Shown here piece by piece: positions 19,117 through 29,393 of a DNA stretch of 64,000 bases. The notes below the pieces were generated by a model. The model was not told the DNA's origin and searched no databases. It saw nothing but the letters and a program-made list of their open reading frames with translations. The stretch lies in the NCBI GenBank assembly GCA_051877855.1, contig JBJEJH010000052.1, forward strand, positions 1,041-65,040, in the 5' to 3' direction. This DNA comes from Lachnospiraceae bacterium. GTDB lineage: Bacteria > Bacillota > Clostridia > Lachnospirales > Lachnospiraceae. Made by a program: the position numbers and the translations under genes. Every line of letters starts with the position of its first letter. The first letter of the stretch is position 1.

Positions 19117-20154
19117 CTATTTGCTTTGATCTGTAATAAACATCGCATCGCCAAAACTAAAGAAACGATAGCGCTCCTTCACTGCCTCCTGATATGCCGC
19201 AAGCACATGTTCTCTCCCGGCTAATGCAGAAACCAGCATAATCAATGTGGATTCCGGCAAATGGAAATTCGTAATGAGGCAGTCTAACACCTTGAACTGA
19301 TAACCCGGATAAATAAAAATCTCGGTCCACCCGCTTCCTGCAGGGACTGTTCCATCGGAAAGGGCCGCAGATTCCACGGTACGGCAGCTGGTGGTTCCAA
19401 CACAGATTACTCTGCCTCCATTAGCCTTGGTGCGATTGATCTTGTCCGCTTCCTCCTGCTCGATACAATAGAATTCCGAATGCATGTGGTGATTTAAGAT
19501 ATCATCCTCCTTCACCGGGCGGAATGTTCCAAGACCCACGTGCAATGTCACACTGGCGATTTCTACCCCCATGGCCTTAATCTCTTCCAGCAGTTCCTTC
19601 GTAAAATGCAATCCCGCAGTCGGGGCTGCAGCGGAGCCTTCATGCTTCGCATATACGGTCTGATAACGATTCTTATCCTGTAACTGATGGGTGATATATG
19701 GTGGTAACGGCATCTGTCCCAGTTCATCCAGTATCTCCTCAAAGATCCCCTGATATTCAAAATGAATCAGCCGATTTCCTTCTTCCACGATATCCACAAC
19801 TTCGCCCACTAATTTGCCATCACCGAAAGTAATTCGTGCGCCCACTCGAGCCTTCTTTCCCGGTTTCACAAGGGTCTCCCACACATCATTTTCACGACGT
19901 TTAAGAAGAAGAACCTCGATCAGTGCCCCCGTGTCTTCCTTCGTTCCCATAAGACGGGCAGGAATTACCTTGGTATTATTAATAACTAAGCAATCTCCCT
20001 TATGAAGATACTCTGTAATGTTTTTAAATATACGATGTTCCGTTTCACCGGTCTCCTTATTAAGAACCAGCAACCGGGAACCCGAACGATCCTCCAACGG
20101 ATCCTGTGCAATTAACTCTTCCGGCAAATCAAAATAAAAATCTTTTTTTTGCAT
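19117..20154 (-). CDS. queA: S-adenosylmethionine:tRNA ribosyltransferase-isomerase
   Basis: [26 protein letters not shown] and [10 protein letters not shown] motifs; 345 aa. Confidence 0.92.
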   Translation of the reverse strand: MQKKDFYFDLPEELIAQDPLEDRSGSRLLVLNKETGETEHRIFKNITEYLHKGDCLVINNTKVIPARLMGTKEDTGALIEVLLLKRRENDVWETLVKPGKKARVGARITFGDGKLVGEVVDIVEEGNRLIHFEYQGIFEEILDELGQMPLPPYITHQLQDKNRYQTVYAKHEGSAAAPTAGLHFTKELLEEIKAMGVEIASVTLHVGLGTFRPVKEDDILNHHMHSEFYCIEQEEADKINRTKANGGRVICVGTTSCRTVESAALSDGTVPAGSGWTEIFIYPGYQFKVLDCLITNFHLPESTLIMLVSALAGREHVLAAYQEAVKERYRFFSFGDAMFITDQSK

Positions 20155-20174
20155 ATTTATCTCTCCAAAAAGCT

Positions 20175-21782
20175 CTATCGAATATCCACCTTATTGTAAT
20201 AATGATGAATAATGCTTTCACAATCATATCCCTGTAATGCAAGACTCTGGGCCCCGGACTGGCTTAACCCGACACCATGTCCATATCCCATTCCTGCAAA
20301 ATACAAGGTATTATTATCCAATGGTGCAGTTCTTGGATAATTCCACAAATTATCCTCACTGATCACTATATACTGTTCCAATGTGGCACTGGCCTGACTA
20401 ATGGCCCCATCACCACTGATGATATAAGAATTACTGATCTGTTTCTGCGTGTTCTGATTCGCACTCTGAACATAGATTTGATCAGGAACATCTCCTGCCT
20501 TGATAATCCTCACCTTGGTACTCGGAAGTGACAAGGTTGAACTGATATCTTCTTTCTGAAGAACCGCCGAACCACCACTGCCATTGACCTTTAACTGATA
20601 GATTCTTCCCGAATCCGCACGAATCTGTGCCGAAATACTGCTGACCGAACCCACCGAATATCCTTTCCCCGACAACGCCGAGGATATTTCTGTCAGGCTC
20701 TTAGACACAATCCAAGGTGCCTTCTCCTGATAAAGCTCGGTATTATCCGGCACACCTCTAAAGTATGTCAGGGGAACATCCCACACGTCTTCACAACTTG
20801 CCGTATGTCCGCCACTCGTAGAATAAAAGTAAGCTTTAATCACATTTTCGCGATAATAAATCATCTTACCCCTGGTCTCATCCACCGCCTGATTGGTTCG
20901 TTCATTCTCCGATCCATAACCACGGTAAACCTGACTGTAGGTTGTATCGTATAAAGCATAGCCATTATCGGCGCCAAAGACCACACTGCGCTTATCCAGG
21001 GCATAAGCATAACTTCTGGCGCACAATGCCTGGGCTTTCAATGCTTCCATTTCCCAGGAAGGAACCATCTCACAGGCAATAACACCATAGAGATATTCTT
21101 CCATATCCAGCACGCTGACGGCCGTCAGTGTACTCTTACCACCAAAACGTCCGATCTCAATCTTTCCCCGGTACTGACGTTCTCCAAGATCGATCACATA
21201 GACCCCCTTGTCATTCTCCGTTGCAGCACCAAACTGTGGATACTGGTTCCGGCTGTCCACATCAATCAATAAGGTTCCGCCATCCCAGGACATCTTCTCA
21301 CGATAGGACATTTCACAGGTTGAAGCCTCAAAATGAATCTTTCCGCTACTTTCCAGGGAAACCGCCATGGAAGCGGCCGCCTCCAATGAATCCCCGGTTA
21401 CATAGATACGGTAAGTAGCATTTCCTGTGATTGCCGGAAGTACCTGATCTCCCGAAACTTTTAATGAATGAATCGCATTCATAACCTCAGAATAAGTACT
21501 GTACTGCGTCACGGATGCATAACAATAACGTCCCTCCGGAGTAAATGTAAATCCGCTGTTTCCGGTGAACACGTCATTTTCCACAAATGTACCATCCACC
21601 GCATAGCCCATACTTACCGATGTATTCTTAATCGTAAGTGAGGATTTACCCTCATAATTACTGGTAAGACCAATGCGTACCACGTAATTTTCCGTGTCAG
21701 CAAAAACAGGCTGCACGGTATAAACACATATGAAGTTGATCAATAAAATCATGGTGAGTAGATACCCTGCAGCCCTTTTCAT
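20175..21782 (-). CDS. SpoIID/LytB-domain protein
   Basis: Signal peptide; [17 protein letters not shown] and [11 protein letters not shown] motifs. Confidence 0.8.
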   Translation of the reverse strand: MKRAAGYLLTMILLINFICVYTVQPVFADTENYVVRIGLTSNYEGKSSLTIKNTSVSMGYAVDGTFVENDVFTGNSGFTFTPEGRYCYASVTQYSTYSEVMNAIHSLKVSGDQVLPAITGNATYRIYVTGDSLEAAASMAVSLESSGKIHFEASTCEMSYREKMSWDGGTLLIDVDSRNQYPQFGAATENDKGVYVIDLGERQYRGKIEIGRFGGKSTLTAVSVLDMEEYLYGVIACEMVPSWEMEALKAQALCARSYAYALDKRSVVFGADNGYALYDTTYSQVYRGYGSENERTNQAVDETRGKMIYYRENVIKAYFYSTSGGHTASCEDVWDVPLTYFRGVPDNTELYQEKAPWIVSKSLTEISSALSGKGYSVGSVSSISAQIRADSGRIYQLKVNGSGGSAVLQKEDISSTLSLPSTKVRIIKAGDVPDQIYVQSANQNTQKQISNSYIISGDGAISQASATLEQYIVISEDNLWNYPRTAPLDNNTLYFAGMGYGHGVGLSQSGAQSLALQGYDCESIIHHYYNKVDIR

Positions 21783-21810
21783 AACAATTCTCCTAAATTA
21801 CAAATACATA

Positions 21811-24228
21811 TTAACCACGAAGTTCGATTCCAAGTTCCTTTAAGGCCTTCAAAATCTTTTCCATTACCTCATTAACATCCTTATCCTCCAAGGTCTTCTC
21901 CTTAGAACGGAATGTAATAGAGTAAGCAACGGACTTATATCCTTCCTTAATCTGTGTTCCCTCGTAGATATCAAACAAGTTATAATCCTCTAATAACTTA
22001 CCGCCACGCTTCTCAATAACCTCCTCAACGGTACCAACTAAGATGCTCTTAGGCATTACCATACTGATATCTCTTGTTACCGCCGGGAATTTTGCTAATC
22101 CACGGTACTTAATTTCAAAGGAAGCCTTCTCAAGTACAGCCGGAAGATCAATTACTGCCACATAAGCACGATCACCGATCTGATAGTTATCCGCCACATC
22201 CGGATGCACCTCACCCATGTAACCGATGACTTCACCGGCATACATGATATTGGCCTGACGTCCCGGATGTAAGAAATTCTTGGCAGCATTCGGATCATAA
22301 CTAACGCGATTTGTCATACCAATCTTATCCAGGAATTCTTCCACGACACCCTTCATGGTAAAGAAATCGCCTTCGCCATACATACCAAGGGTGAACTGCA
22401 TTCTCTCATCCGGCAGTTCTGTTACAGGAACTGCCTTTGGAAGATAAATATTCGCAAGTTCATATAACTTAACATTCTTGTTACGTCTATTATAATTGGT
22501 TGAAAGGGATGTGAGCATACCATTTAATGGAAGTGTTCTCATGATGGAGAAATCTTCACCCAATGGATTGGAAATCGTAACCGTATTACGAAGCACATCA
22601 TCCTTATCCAGTGTCAGCTTATCAAATACCTTCGGACTTTCAAAGGAGTATGTCATACTCTCTGAGAATCCACAGTACTCTGCAACATCCTTAGCGATGG
22701 ATTCAATCTTTAACTTATAGGAAATCTTTCCGGTTCCGGCAGCATTGGAAGGAAGTGTTGTCGGAATTTTGTCATATCCATAGAATCTTGCAACTTCCTC
22801 TGCAAGGTCTGCCATAAGGTGTACATCCTGTCTCCAGGATGGAACGATAACCTCCTGCGAACCCTCATCAAATCCAAGATCAATTTTCTTAAAGTATGCC
22901 TTCATGGTCTCCGGGTCAATGTCCGTTCCAAGAAGCTTATTAATCTTCTCCGGCTCAAACTTAACACGATTTCCTTCTTTTCTTTCAGGGTATACGTCAA
23001 CCATTCCGCCAACAACTTCACCGGCACCTAATTCCTCAATCAACTGACATGCTCGGTTGATTGCCTCTTCTGCGGTGTTTGGATCAAGACCCTTTTCAAA
23101 CTTTCCGGAAGCGTCGGTACGAAGTCCCACCTTCTTAGCCGAAAGACGAATATTGGTTCCGTCAAATGTTGCAGCTTCAAATAACATGGTCTTAACATTA
23201 TCGGTAATCTTGGAATTCTCTCCACCCATAATGCCCGCAAGACCAACGGATTTTTCACCATCACAAATCATGAGGATGGATGGATCCAGTTTTCTTGTCT
23301 GTCCGTCCAATGTAACGAACTCTTCGCCTTCTGTGGCACGTCTTACAATAATCTGCTTTCCTGCAATCATATCAAGATCGTATGCATGCATCGGCTGACC
23401 AAATTCTTCCATAACGTAATTGGTAATATCCACAATATTGTTGATCGGACGAATGCCGCTGGCAGCAAGGCGTCTCTGCATCCACTCCGGTGACGGAGCA
23501 ATCTTAATATTCTTTACAACTCTTGCAGTATAACGTGGGCAAAGATCCTTATCTAAAACCTCAACCTTAATATAGTCATTTACATCCTCTGCATTTCCTG
23601 TCTTTGCAACTACCGGCGGAACGAATTCCTTATTAAAAGTTGCTGCCGCTTCTCTTGCAATACCAAGCACGCTGTAACAGTCCACACGGTTGGATGTGAT
23701 TTCATATTCAAATACCACATCATTTAATCCAAGGTATGCAACGGCATCCTCGCCAACCGGTGCATCCTCCGGCAAAATGTAAAGTCCGTTTTCCGGTGCC
23801 ATAGGATAATAATCCCTGGAGGATCCCAATTCTTCGATGGAACACATCATACCGTTTGATTCAATACCGCGAAGCTTGCCCTTCTTGATTTTAATTCCAC
23901 CCGGTGTCTTAGATCCATCATGACCACCGGCAACTCTGCCGCCATCAAGAACCACCGGAACCTTAGCCCCTTCGAACACATTCGGTGCACCGGTTACGAT
24001 CTGAATACTCTCTGTTCCGATATTCACCTGACATATTACAAGCTTATCCGCATCCGGATGCTGCTCCACTTTTGTCACCTGACCAATCACGATTTTTTCA
24101 AGATCGGCATCTAATTTTTCAAAACCTTCGACCTTTGTACCTGTCAAAGTCATTGCATCAGTATATTCCTGAGGAGTACAATCCAAATCAGGAACATACG
24201 CTTTAATCCATGATAATGCTGTATTCAT
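21811..24228 (-). CDS. pheT: phenylalanine--tRNA ligase beta subunit
   Basis: 805 aa, immediately downstream of pheS, with B3/4, B5 and FDX-ACB domain layout. Confidence 0.93.
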   Translation of the reverse strand: MNTALSWIKAYVPDLDCTPQEYTDAMTLTGTKVEGFEKLDADLEKIVIGQVTKVEQHPDADKLVICQVNIGTESIQIVTGAPNVFEGAKVPVVLDGGRVAGGHDGSKTPGGIKIKKGKLRGIESNGMMCSIEELGSSRDYYPMAPENGLYILPEDAPVGEDAVAYLGLNDVVFEYEITSNRVDCYSVLGIAREAAATFNKEFVPPVVAKTGNAEDVNDYIKVEVLDKDLCPRYTARVVKNIKIAPSPEWMQRRLAASGIRPINNIVDITNYVMEEFGQPMHAYDLDMIAGKQIIVRRATEGEEFVTLDGQTRKLDPSILMICDGEKSVGLAGIMGGENSKITDNVKTMLFEAATFDGTNIRLSAKKVGLRTDASGKFEKGLDPNTAEEAINRACQLIEELGAGEVVGGMVDVYPERKEGNRVKFEPEKINKLLGTDIDPETMKAYFKKIDLGFDEGSQEVIVPSWRQDVHLMADLAEEVARFYGYDKIPTTLPSNAAGTGKISYKLKIESIAKDVAEYCGFSESMTYSFESPKVFDKLTLDKDDVLRNTVTISNPLGEDFSIMRTLPLNGMLTSLSTNYNRRNKNVKLYELANIYLPKAVPVTELPDERMQFTLGMYGEGDFFTMKGVVEEFLDKIGMTNRVSYDPNAAKNFLHPGRQANIMYAGEVIGYMGEVHPDVADNYQIGDRAYVAVIDLPAVLEKASFEIKYRGLAKFPAVTRDISMVMPKSILVGTVEEVIEKRGGKLLEDYNLFDIYEGTQIKEGYKSVAYSITFRSKEKTLEDKDVNEVMEKILKALKELGIELRG

Positions 24229-24245
24229 TTATCTTTACCTCCTGA

Positions 24246-25265
24246 CTAGAACTGCTTTAAGAATCTTGCATCATTTTCATATAACAATCTCATATCATCA
24301 ATTTCATACTTCAACAATGCAATTCTCTCAAGACCAACACCAAATGCGAAACCGGAATATTCCTCTGTATCGATTCCGCATCGCTTTAACACGTTTGGAT
24401 GCACCATACCACAGCCAAGGATTTCAATCCATCCGGATCCCTTACACATTCTGCAACCCTTGCCGCCACACTTAAAGCATGTTACATCACACTCCGCACT
24501 TGGCTCGGTAAATGGAAAATGATGAGGACGGAACTTAACCTTGGTCTCCGGTCCGAAGAGTTCCTTCGCGAACTCTGCCAAAGTACCCTTTAGATCCGAA
24601 AAGGTAATGTTCTTATCCACAACAAGTCCTTCTACCTGATGGAAACATGGTGAATGGGTCGCATCAACTTCATCGGAACGATATACACGTCCCGGAGCAA
24701 TCATACGAATCGGAAGCTTTCCCTTCTCCATCTCATGAATCTGGGTGGATGAAGTCTGGGTACGGAGCAGAATCTCGCTGTTGATGTAAAATGTATCCTG
24801 CTCATCCTTTGCCGGATGATTTGCCGGAATATTCAACGCTTCAAAGTTGTAGTAATCCAGCTCAACTTCCGGTCCCTCTACAACTTCATATCCCATACCG
24901 GTAAAGATTCTCTCTACTTCTTCTAATGCGATAGAATTCGGATGTCTGTGACCGATGACGTTCTTCTTTGCAGGAAGGGTAACATCGATAACTTCATGCT
25001 CCATCTGAATCTCACGCATTTTCTTAGCCATCATGGTTTTCGCAGCTTCTAATCTTTCTTCAATGGCATTACGTGTGTCATTCACCAGCTGACCTACCAT
25101 TGGTCTCTCTTCTGCTGAAACATCCTTCATTCCCTTTAATACTTCGGTTAACTCACCTTTCTTTCCAAGGTAAGCGACACGGATTTCATTGAGCTTATCT
25201 AATGAATCCGAACTTTTAATCTGAGCAAGAGCTTTTTCTCTGATGCTCTGTAACTTTTCCTTCAT
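24246..25265 (-). CDS. pheS: phenylalanine--tRNA ligase alpha subunit
   Basis: 339 aa with class II aaRS motifs ([23 protein letters not shown]). Confidence 0.95.
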   Translation of the reverse strand: MKEKLQSIREKALAQIKSSDSLDKLNEIRVAYLGKKGELTEVLKGMKDVSAEERPMVGQLVNDTRNAIEERLEAAKTMMAKKMREIQMEHEVIDVTLPAKKNVIGHRHPNSIALEEVERIFTGMGYEVVEGPEVELDYYNFEALNIPANHPAKDEQDTFYINSEILLRTQTSSTQIHEMEKGKLPIRMIAPGRVYRSDEVDATHSPCFHQVEGLVVDKNITFSDLKGTLAEFAKELFGPETKVKFRPHHFPFTEPSAECDVTCFKCGGKGCRMCKGSGWIEILGCGMVHPNVLKRCGIDTEEYSGFAFGVGLERIALLKYEIDDMRLLYENDARFLKQF

Positions 25266-25298
25266 GAATTAACTCTCCTTATGATTATTATTAAAATA

Positions 25299-25364
25299 GG
25301 CATTTGCGAAATAAATTTGCATAGTATACAAGTTTGTAGGTGAATTTTCGTGATACGGTTGCAC
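25299..25364 (+). repeat. copy D of the dispersed intergenic repeat family
   Basis: CATTTGCGAAAT...GTTTGTAGGTGAATTTTCGTGATACGGTTGCAC aligns with copies at 53639..53751, 54701..54814 (reverse complement), 54643..54700 and 27874..27927. Confidence 0.6.
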
Positions 25365-25473
25365 CGCCATCACTGCATCTATAACACTTCGTGTTATAGA
25401 TCGCGGCAGTCGCAACTCTTAATACGCCATCACTGCATCTATAACACTTCGTGTTATAGATCGCGGCAGTCGC
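25365..25473. repeat. tandem direct repeat: two identical 49-bp units with a 60-bp period
   Basis: CGCCATCACTGCATCTATAACACTTCGTGTTATAGATCGCGGCAGTCGC occurs at 25365..25413 and 25425..25473. Each unit holds an 11-bp stem (ATCTATAACAC/GTGTTATAGAT) with a TTCG loop. Confidence 0.9.
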
Positions 25474-25480
25474 CGCGTAA

Positions 25481-25541
25481 TTCATAAAATAAGAATTTAT
25501 CTAATTAAGCAAGCTTATTATCTAAATTCTTATTTTATGAA
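25481..25541. repeat. AT-rich palindrome with 19-bp perfect arms
   Basis: TTCATAAAATAAGAATTTA (25481..25499) pairs with TAAATTCTTATTTTATGAA (25523..25541). Confidence 0.85.
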
Positions 25542-25564
25542 TTGTGATGGCTCGTTGCTTACGC

Positions 25565-25872
25565 GCAAAAAAGTCCCTTAACTTTCGTTAAGGGACGGAG
25601 TTTCTAACTTCGCGGTACCACCCTAATTCCTGCATCACTACAGGCACTTGTTGTCATGCGTTTCGTGCACCACACGGTATGCCTAATGAAATGTCAGACA
25701 AATAAATATTGTCAACCAACATTTAATATCTAATAATCATTCGTTCAACATACAGCTCCGGTGGGAACTTCATTCATTACCGTAACCTAAGAACGCTTCC
25801 AGCCCATGGCATTCTCTCTCTGACAGGAATAATAATGACCTACTATGCACCTTCATAGCCTTAAAAAACTAA
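25565..25872 (-). promoter_or_regulatory. T-box leader (Phe) controlling pheST
   Basis: Minus strand: promoter TTGACA (25905..25900), 16 nt, TACAAT (25883..25878). It carries an AGAGAGA bulge-type motif, UUC triplets in stem I, the T-box AGGGUGGUACCGCG (25624..25611), and the terminator CCGUCCCUUAAC-GAAA-GUUAAGGGAC plus U6 (25598..25566). Confidence 0.85.
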
Positions 25873-26123
25873 ACCCTATTGTAACATAAATGAAGAATTT
25901 GTCAACTATTATCCACAAGTAATCGCCTATTATATTGCTAATTCGATAGCGTTTCTTATGTTTTTATTTCTTTTCATTTTCCCTTCTTTCCTTTTTCACC
26001 CACTTTTATATCGTTTTCTTTTATGTTATGATAGATATGATATAAGCATCATATGTCTGTCTTTTTTGATACTTATATAAAAATGCATTGGTTTTACACT
26101 ATTTATATTACAAAGGTGATTAT

Positions 26124-26756
26124 ATGCGAAAGAAAGATTTAGCTATTGAAGTTGTTCAAAGATTAAAAGATGCTTATCCTGACACCGAGTGCACTCTCGA
26201 TTACGATGAAGCATGGAAGTTGCTTGTCAGCGTGCGTCTTGCAGCACAATGCACGGATGCTCGTGTGAATGTGGTGGTAATTGGTTTATTTGAAAAGTAT
26301 CCAAGTATCGAATCACTTGCCAACGCCGATGTTAACGATATTGAAGCCATTGTTAAGCCCTGTGGTCTTGGCCGCAGTAAAGCACGTGATATCAGTGCCT
26401 GCATGAAAATGCTTCACGAACAATTCCACGATAAGGTTCCGGACACCATGGAAGAACTTCTCTCACTGCCGGGTGTCGGAAGGAAAAGTGCCAATCTTAT
26501 CATGGGAGATATCTATGGAAAACCGGCGATTGTTACCGATACTCACTGCATTCGTCTTTCCAATCGTATTGGACTTGTCACAAATCAAAAGGATCCTAAA
26601 AAGGTTGAGATGGAATTATGGAAAATCATTCCACCGGAAGAATCAAATCAATTCTGTCACCGCTTAGTTGACCACGGTCGTGCTGTTTGTACCGCAAGAA
26701 CAGCTCCTTCCTGTGAGCAATGTGTATTAAATGATATCTGTAAGAAAAAGATATAA
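26124..26756 (+). CDS. nth: endonuclease III
   Basis: HhH motif LPGVGRKSANLIMG and a C-terminal Cys cluster (C..C..C). Start set at the ATG at 26124 after AAAGGTGA. Confidence 0.9.
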   Translation: MRKKDLAIEVVQRLKDAYPDTECTLDYDEAWKLLVSVRLAAQCTDARVNVVVIGLFEKYPSIESLANADVNDIEAIVKPCGLGRSKARDISACMKMLHEQFHDKVPDTMEELLSLPGVGRKSANLIMGDIYGKPAIVTDTHCIRLSNRIGLVTNQKDPKKVEMELWKIIPPEESNQFCHRLVDHGRAVCTARTAPSCEQCVLNDICKKKI

Positions 26757-26811
26757 AATGTTTTAAACCTGTATTTTACCAGCAACATGCTTATAAGCAA
26801 ATACATCCAAT

Positions 26812-27393
26812 CTATAATTTTTTTGATAATACTTTTTTACGAATGTAGCTAAAAGTATACTCCTCTCCGTGTTTTGCCAACATCACCAATAAACGATATA
26901 ACAGTTTTTCTGCGTCTTCGTGAATCACATAATGTCCGCGGCCTTTTAGAAAATACTCTAAAGGGTCGCTTTCTTTATATTCCTCACCGCGATAGATTTT
27001 GCTTGCTGCAACACGATCACAAAACATCTCAACAACGTAACATTTTGGCATCGGCATTCCCTTAAGAATTACCGAATCATCTCCATTTCCCGGATAATCA
27101 ATCCAATATTCAAAATGATGTTTATTACGTCCCTTATGATGTAACCAGGCAGGTGAACACCCTTCTGCCTCACGCTGCGCATTGTTTGGACTGCGATAAC
27201 CTTGATAATACTTTACTCCGGCAAAGAATTCTGCCGGTGAATATTTCGACATATCGTGTAATAATCCCTGTCGGTATAGTCCCGCCTTAAAGCAATGCTT
27301 CATCACTAAAATTTTATGTTTTGTAATGGTCATAAAATGACCTTTGAGTCGTTCTATATAACTTAACATGTTCATACGTAAAATCTCTTTCAA
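26812..27393 (-). CDS. DUF5662-like protein
   Basis: LLHDMSKYSPAEFFAGVKYYQGYRSPN...AWLHHKGRNKHHFEYW pattern recalled from the DUF5662 family. Confidence 0.5.
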   Translation of the reverse strand: MKEILRMNMLSYIERLKGHFMTITKHKILVMKHCFKAGLYRQGLLHDMSKYSPAEFFAGVKYYQGYRSPNNAQREAEGCSPAWLHHKGRNKHHFEYWIDYPGNGDDSVILKGMPMPKCYVVEMFCDRVAASKIYRGEEYKESDPLEYFLKGRGHYVIHEDAEKLLYRLLVMLAKHGEEYTFSYIRKKVLSKKL

Positions 27394-27403
27394 ATTACTT
27401 TTT

Positions 27404-27826
27404 TCACACTCGTTTCACATATTCTTCCACCTTTTGAGGTGTATCTAACCTTAATGCAATCACCGTTTTAAGAATCATATATTGAATTACCTGTTTGAGG
27501 ATTTCCTCTTCAAAACGCCCTTTCATACTCTCCGGATATGGCGAAACCAAAAAATGTAGCTCGAACCGGTTCTCCTTTCTTGAAATAAGCGCACTCACAT
27601 AAAGTTTATTCATCAAAGCTACAATAATATCCTCATCCGTAATTTCCACATCGACTTCATATGCCTTTGAACGGAATCGATACTTACCATTACATTCAAT
27701 AAATTCTTTGTCCGCAATCTCACCAATCGAATAACCCCTGACATGATTAGCCAATGAAACCATAAAATTCGCTTCCATCTCATTTTCAATAATGTATTTT
27801 ACAATATCGCCTGGTGTATAACCCAT
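27404..27826 (-). CDS. hypothetical protein
   Basis: 140-aa ORF with RBS GAGGAAAAGGGA before the ATG. No motif recognised. Confidence 0.5.
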   Translation of the reverse strand: MGYTPGDIVKYIIENEMEANFMVSLANHVRGYSIGEIADKEFIECNGKYRFRSKAYEVDVEITDEDIIVALMNKLYVSALISRKENRFELHFLVSPYPESMKGRFEEEILKQVIQYMILKTVIALRLDTPQKVEEYVKRV

Positions 27827-27873
27827 TCCCTTTTCCTCTTTTCATATATCATCGTATTGTTTATTCTTTTTAA

Positions 27874-27927
27874 GTGTTTGCGAATCCATTAAGATTACAT
27901 TCATAATAAGGTTGTGTATCATATTCA
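27874..27927 (+). repeat. copy E of the dispersed intergenic repeat family (diverged)
   Basis: GTGTTTGCGAATCCATTAAGATTACAT...GGTTGTGTATCATATTC aligns at roughly 70% (by eye) with 53639..53700. Confidence 0.5.
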
Positions 27928-27961
27928 AAAATCCCCAAAGAGCAGCAACACTCTCTGGGGA
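27926..27961 (-). terminator. intrinsic terminator after glyA
   Basis: Minus strand CCCCAGAGAG-UGUUGCUG-CUCUUUGGGG followed by AUUUUUG. Confidence 0.75.
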
Positions 27962-27997
27962 ATCATTTACTTATGTAGACTTTGTCACCACTATAAA

Positions 27998-29236
27998 TTA
28001 GTATAATGGATGCTTGTCTGTCAAGGACTTAACAATTTCTGTCGCCTTAGCACCATTCTTCTCAATATCATCAACTGCAAGAGAAATAGCTTCTGCAACG
28101 AGATCCATTTCCGATGGCATAAATCCTCTTGTTGTAATTGCTGCTGTACCAAGACGAATACCGCTTGTTACGAATGGCTTAGCAGGATCGTTCGGAATTG
28201 CATTCTTGTTACATGTAATGTTAACCGAATCCAGAAGTTTCTCAACTTCCTTACCGGTCTTGCCCTTGCTAAGAAGGTTCACCAGCATTAAGTGATTATC
28301 GGTACCACCGGATACAAGATCGAATCCTCTGCTTGTAAGTCCTGTTGCAAGTGCCTGCGCATTGTCAATAATATTCTGTGCATATACCTTAAAGCTTGGA
28401 TCTAATGCTTCCTTGAAACATACCGCTTTACCGGCGATCACGTGCATCAAAGGACCACCCTGAATACCCGGGAATACAGCCTTATTGAAGTTGTACTTCT
28501 CATTTGCCTCTGCGGTAGCCATAATCATTCCGCCTCTTGGTCCGCGAAGTGTCTTATGGGTTGTTGTTGTTACAACATCGGCATAAGGAACCGGGCTCTG
28601 ATGAAGACCGGCAGCAACAAGACCGGCGATATGAGCAATATCTACCATGAGAACAGCTCCAACCTTGTCTGCAACTTCCCTAAATCTCTTGAAATCAATT
28701 GCTCTTGCGTATGCAGATGCACCGGCAACGATCATCTTAGGCTTGCACTCTACCGCAATTCTCTCTAATTCATCGTAATCGATGAATCCATCATCATTAA
28801 CACCATAAGGAACAATGTTAAAATATGAACCGGAGAAGTTCACCGGTGAACCGTGTGACAAATGTCCGCCATGTGCAAGGTTCATACCCATAATCGTATC
28901 GCCCGGCTTACATACTGCAAAGAATACAGCCATGTTTGCCTGTGCACCGGAGTGTGGCTGTACGTTAACATACTCACATCCAAATAACTGCTTTGCTCTT
29001 TCACGTGCAAGATCTTCTACAACGTCAACATACTCGCATCCACCATAGTAACGCTTTCCAGGATAACCCTCTGCGTACTTATTGGTTAATGGGCTGCCCA
29101 TTGCGGCCATAACGGCCTTACTTACGAAGTTCTCAGAAGCAATAAGCTCGATATGGCTTCTCTGACGACCTAACTCGTCATTCATAGCTGCTGCAACTTC
29201 CGGATCAAATCCTTGGATTTCATCAAAAGAATACAT
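27998..29236 (-). CDS. glyA: serine hydroxymethyltransferase
   Basis: SHMT motifs ([14 protein letters not shown]). Start set at the ATG at 29236 after GGAGG. Confidence 0.95.
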   Translation of the reverse strand: MYSFDEIQGFDPEVAAAMNDELGRQRSHIELIASENFVSKAVMAAMGSPLTNKYAEGYPGKRYYGGCEYVDVVEDLARERAKQLFGCEYVNVQPHSGAQANMAVFFAVCKPGDTIMGMNLAHGGHLSHGSPVNFSGSYFNIVPYGVNDDGFIDYDELERIAVECKPKMIVAGASAYARAIDFKRFREVADKVGAVLMVDIAHIAGLVAAGLHQSPVPYADVVTTTTHKTLRGPRGGMIMATAEANEKYNFNKAVFPGIQGGPLMHVIAGKAVCFKEALDPSFKVYAQNIIDNAQALATGLTSRGFDLVSGGTDNHLMLVNLLSKGKTGKEVEKLLDSVNITCNKNAIPNDPAKPFVTSGIRLGTAAITTRGFMPSEMDLVAEAISLAVDDIEKNGAKATEIVKSLTDKHPLY

Positions 29237-29260
29237 ATTATACCTCCAAATTTCATAATA

Positions 29261-29301
29261 AAACAAAAAACATAAGGCTATTATACCATAGCTTTATGTT
29301 T
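29261..29301 (-). terminator. intrinsic terminator after the chemoreceptor gene, with an extended -10 element inside it
   Basis: Minus strand AAACAUAAAGCUAU-GGUAUA-AUAGCCUUAUGUUU plus a U-run. TGGTATAAT (29288..29280) spans the base of the 5' arm (29288), the loop and the top of the 3' arm. Confidence 0.6.
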
Positions 29302-29393
29302 CTTGTTATATATTTTTTTATTTTTTTGTATAAAATTTCAAAAACATCGTACTATTTTCCCGAAAAACTTTTTAAACTTACTCCGGTCCGAGG

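Noticed and set aside
25300-25360. CodY-box-like sequence AATTTTCGTGATACG in repeat copy D.
   Set aside because: It matches only about 9 of 15 positions of AATTTTCWGAAAATT, and the other repeat copies match worse.
25365-25473. Possible miniature CRISPR array, given identical repeats with internal dyad symmetry.
   Set aside because: There are only two repeat copies, separated by an 11-bp spacer. No cas genes are in the window, and the location is a 5'-UTR.
25291-25485. 64-aa ORF (minus strand) containing the peptide ATAAIYNTKCYRCSDG twice.
   Set aside because: The repeated peptide is just the translation of the 49-bp tandem DNA repeat. There is no RBS before the ATG, and the ORF lies inside the structured pheS leader. 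I treat it as a non-coding repeat.
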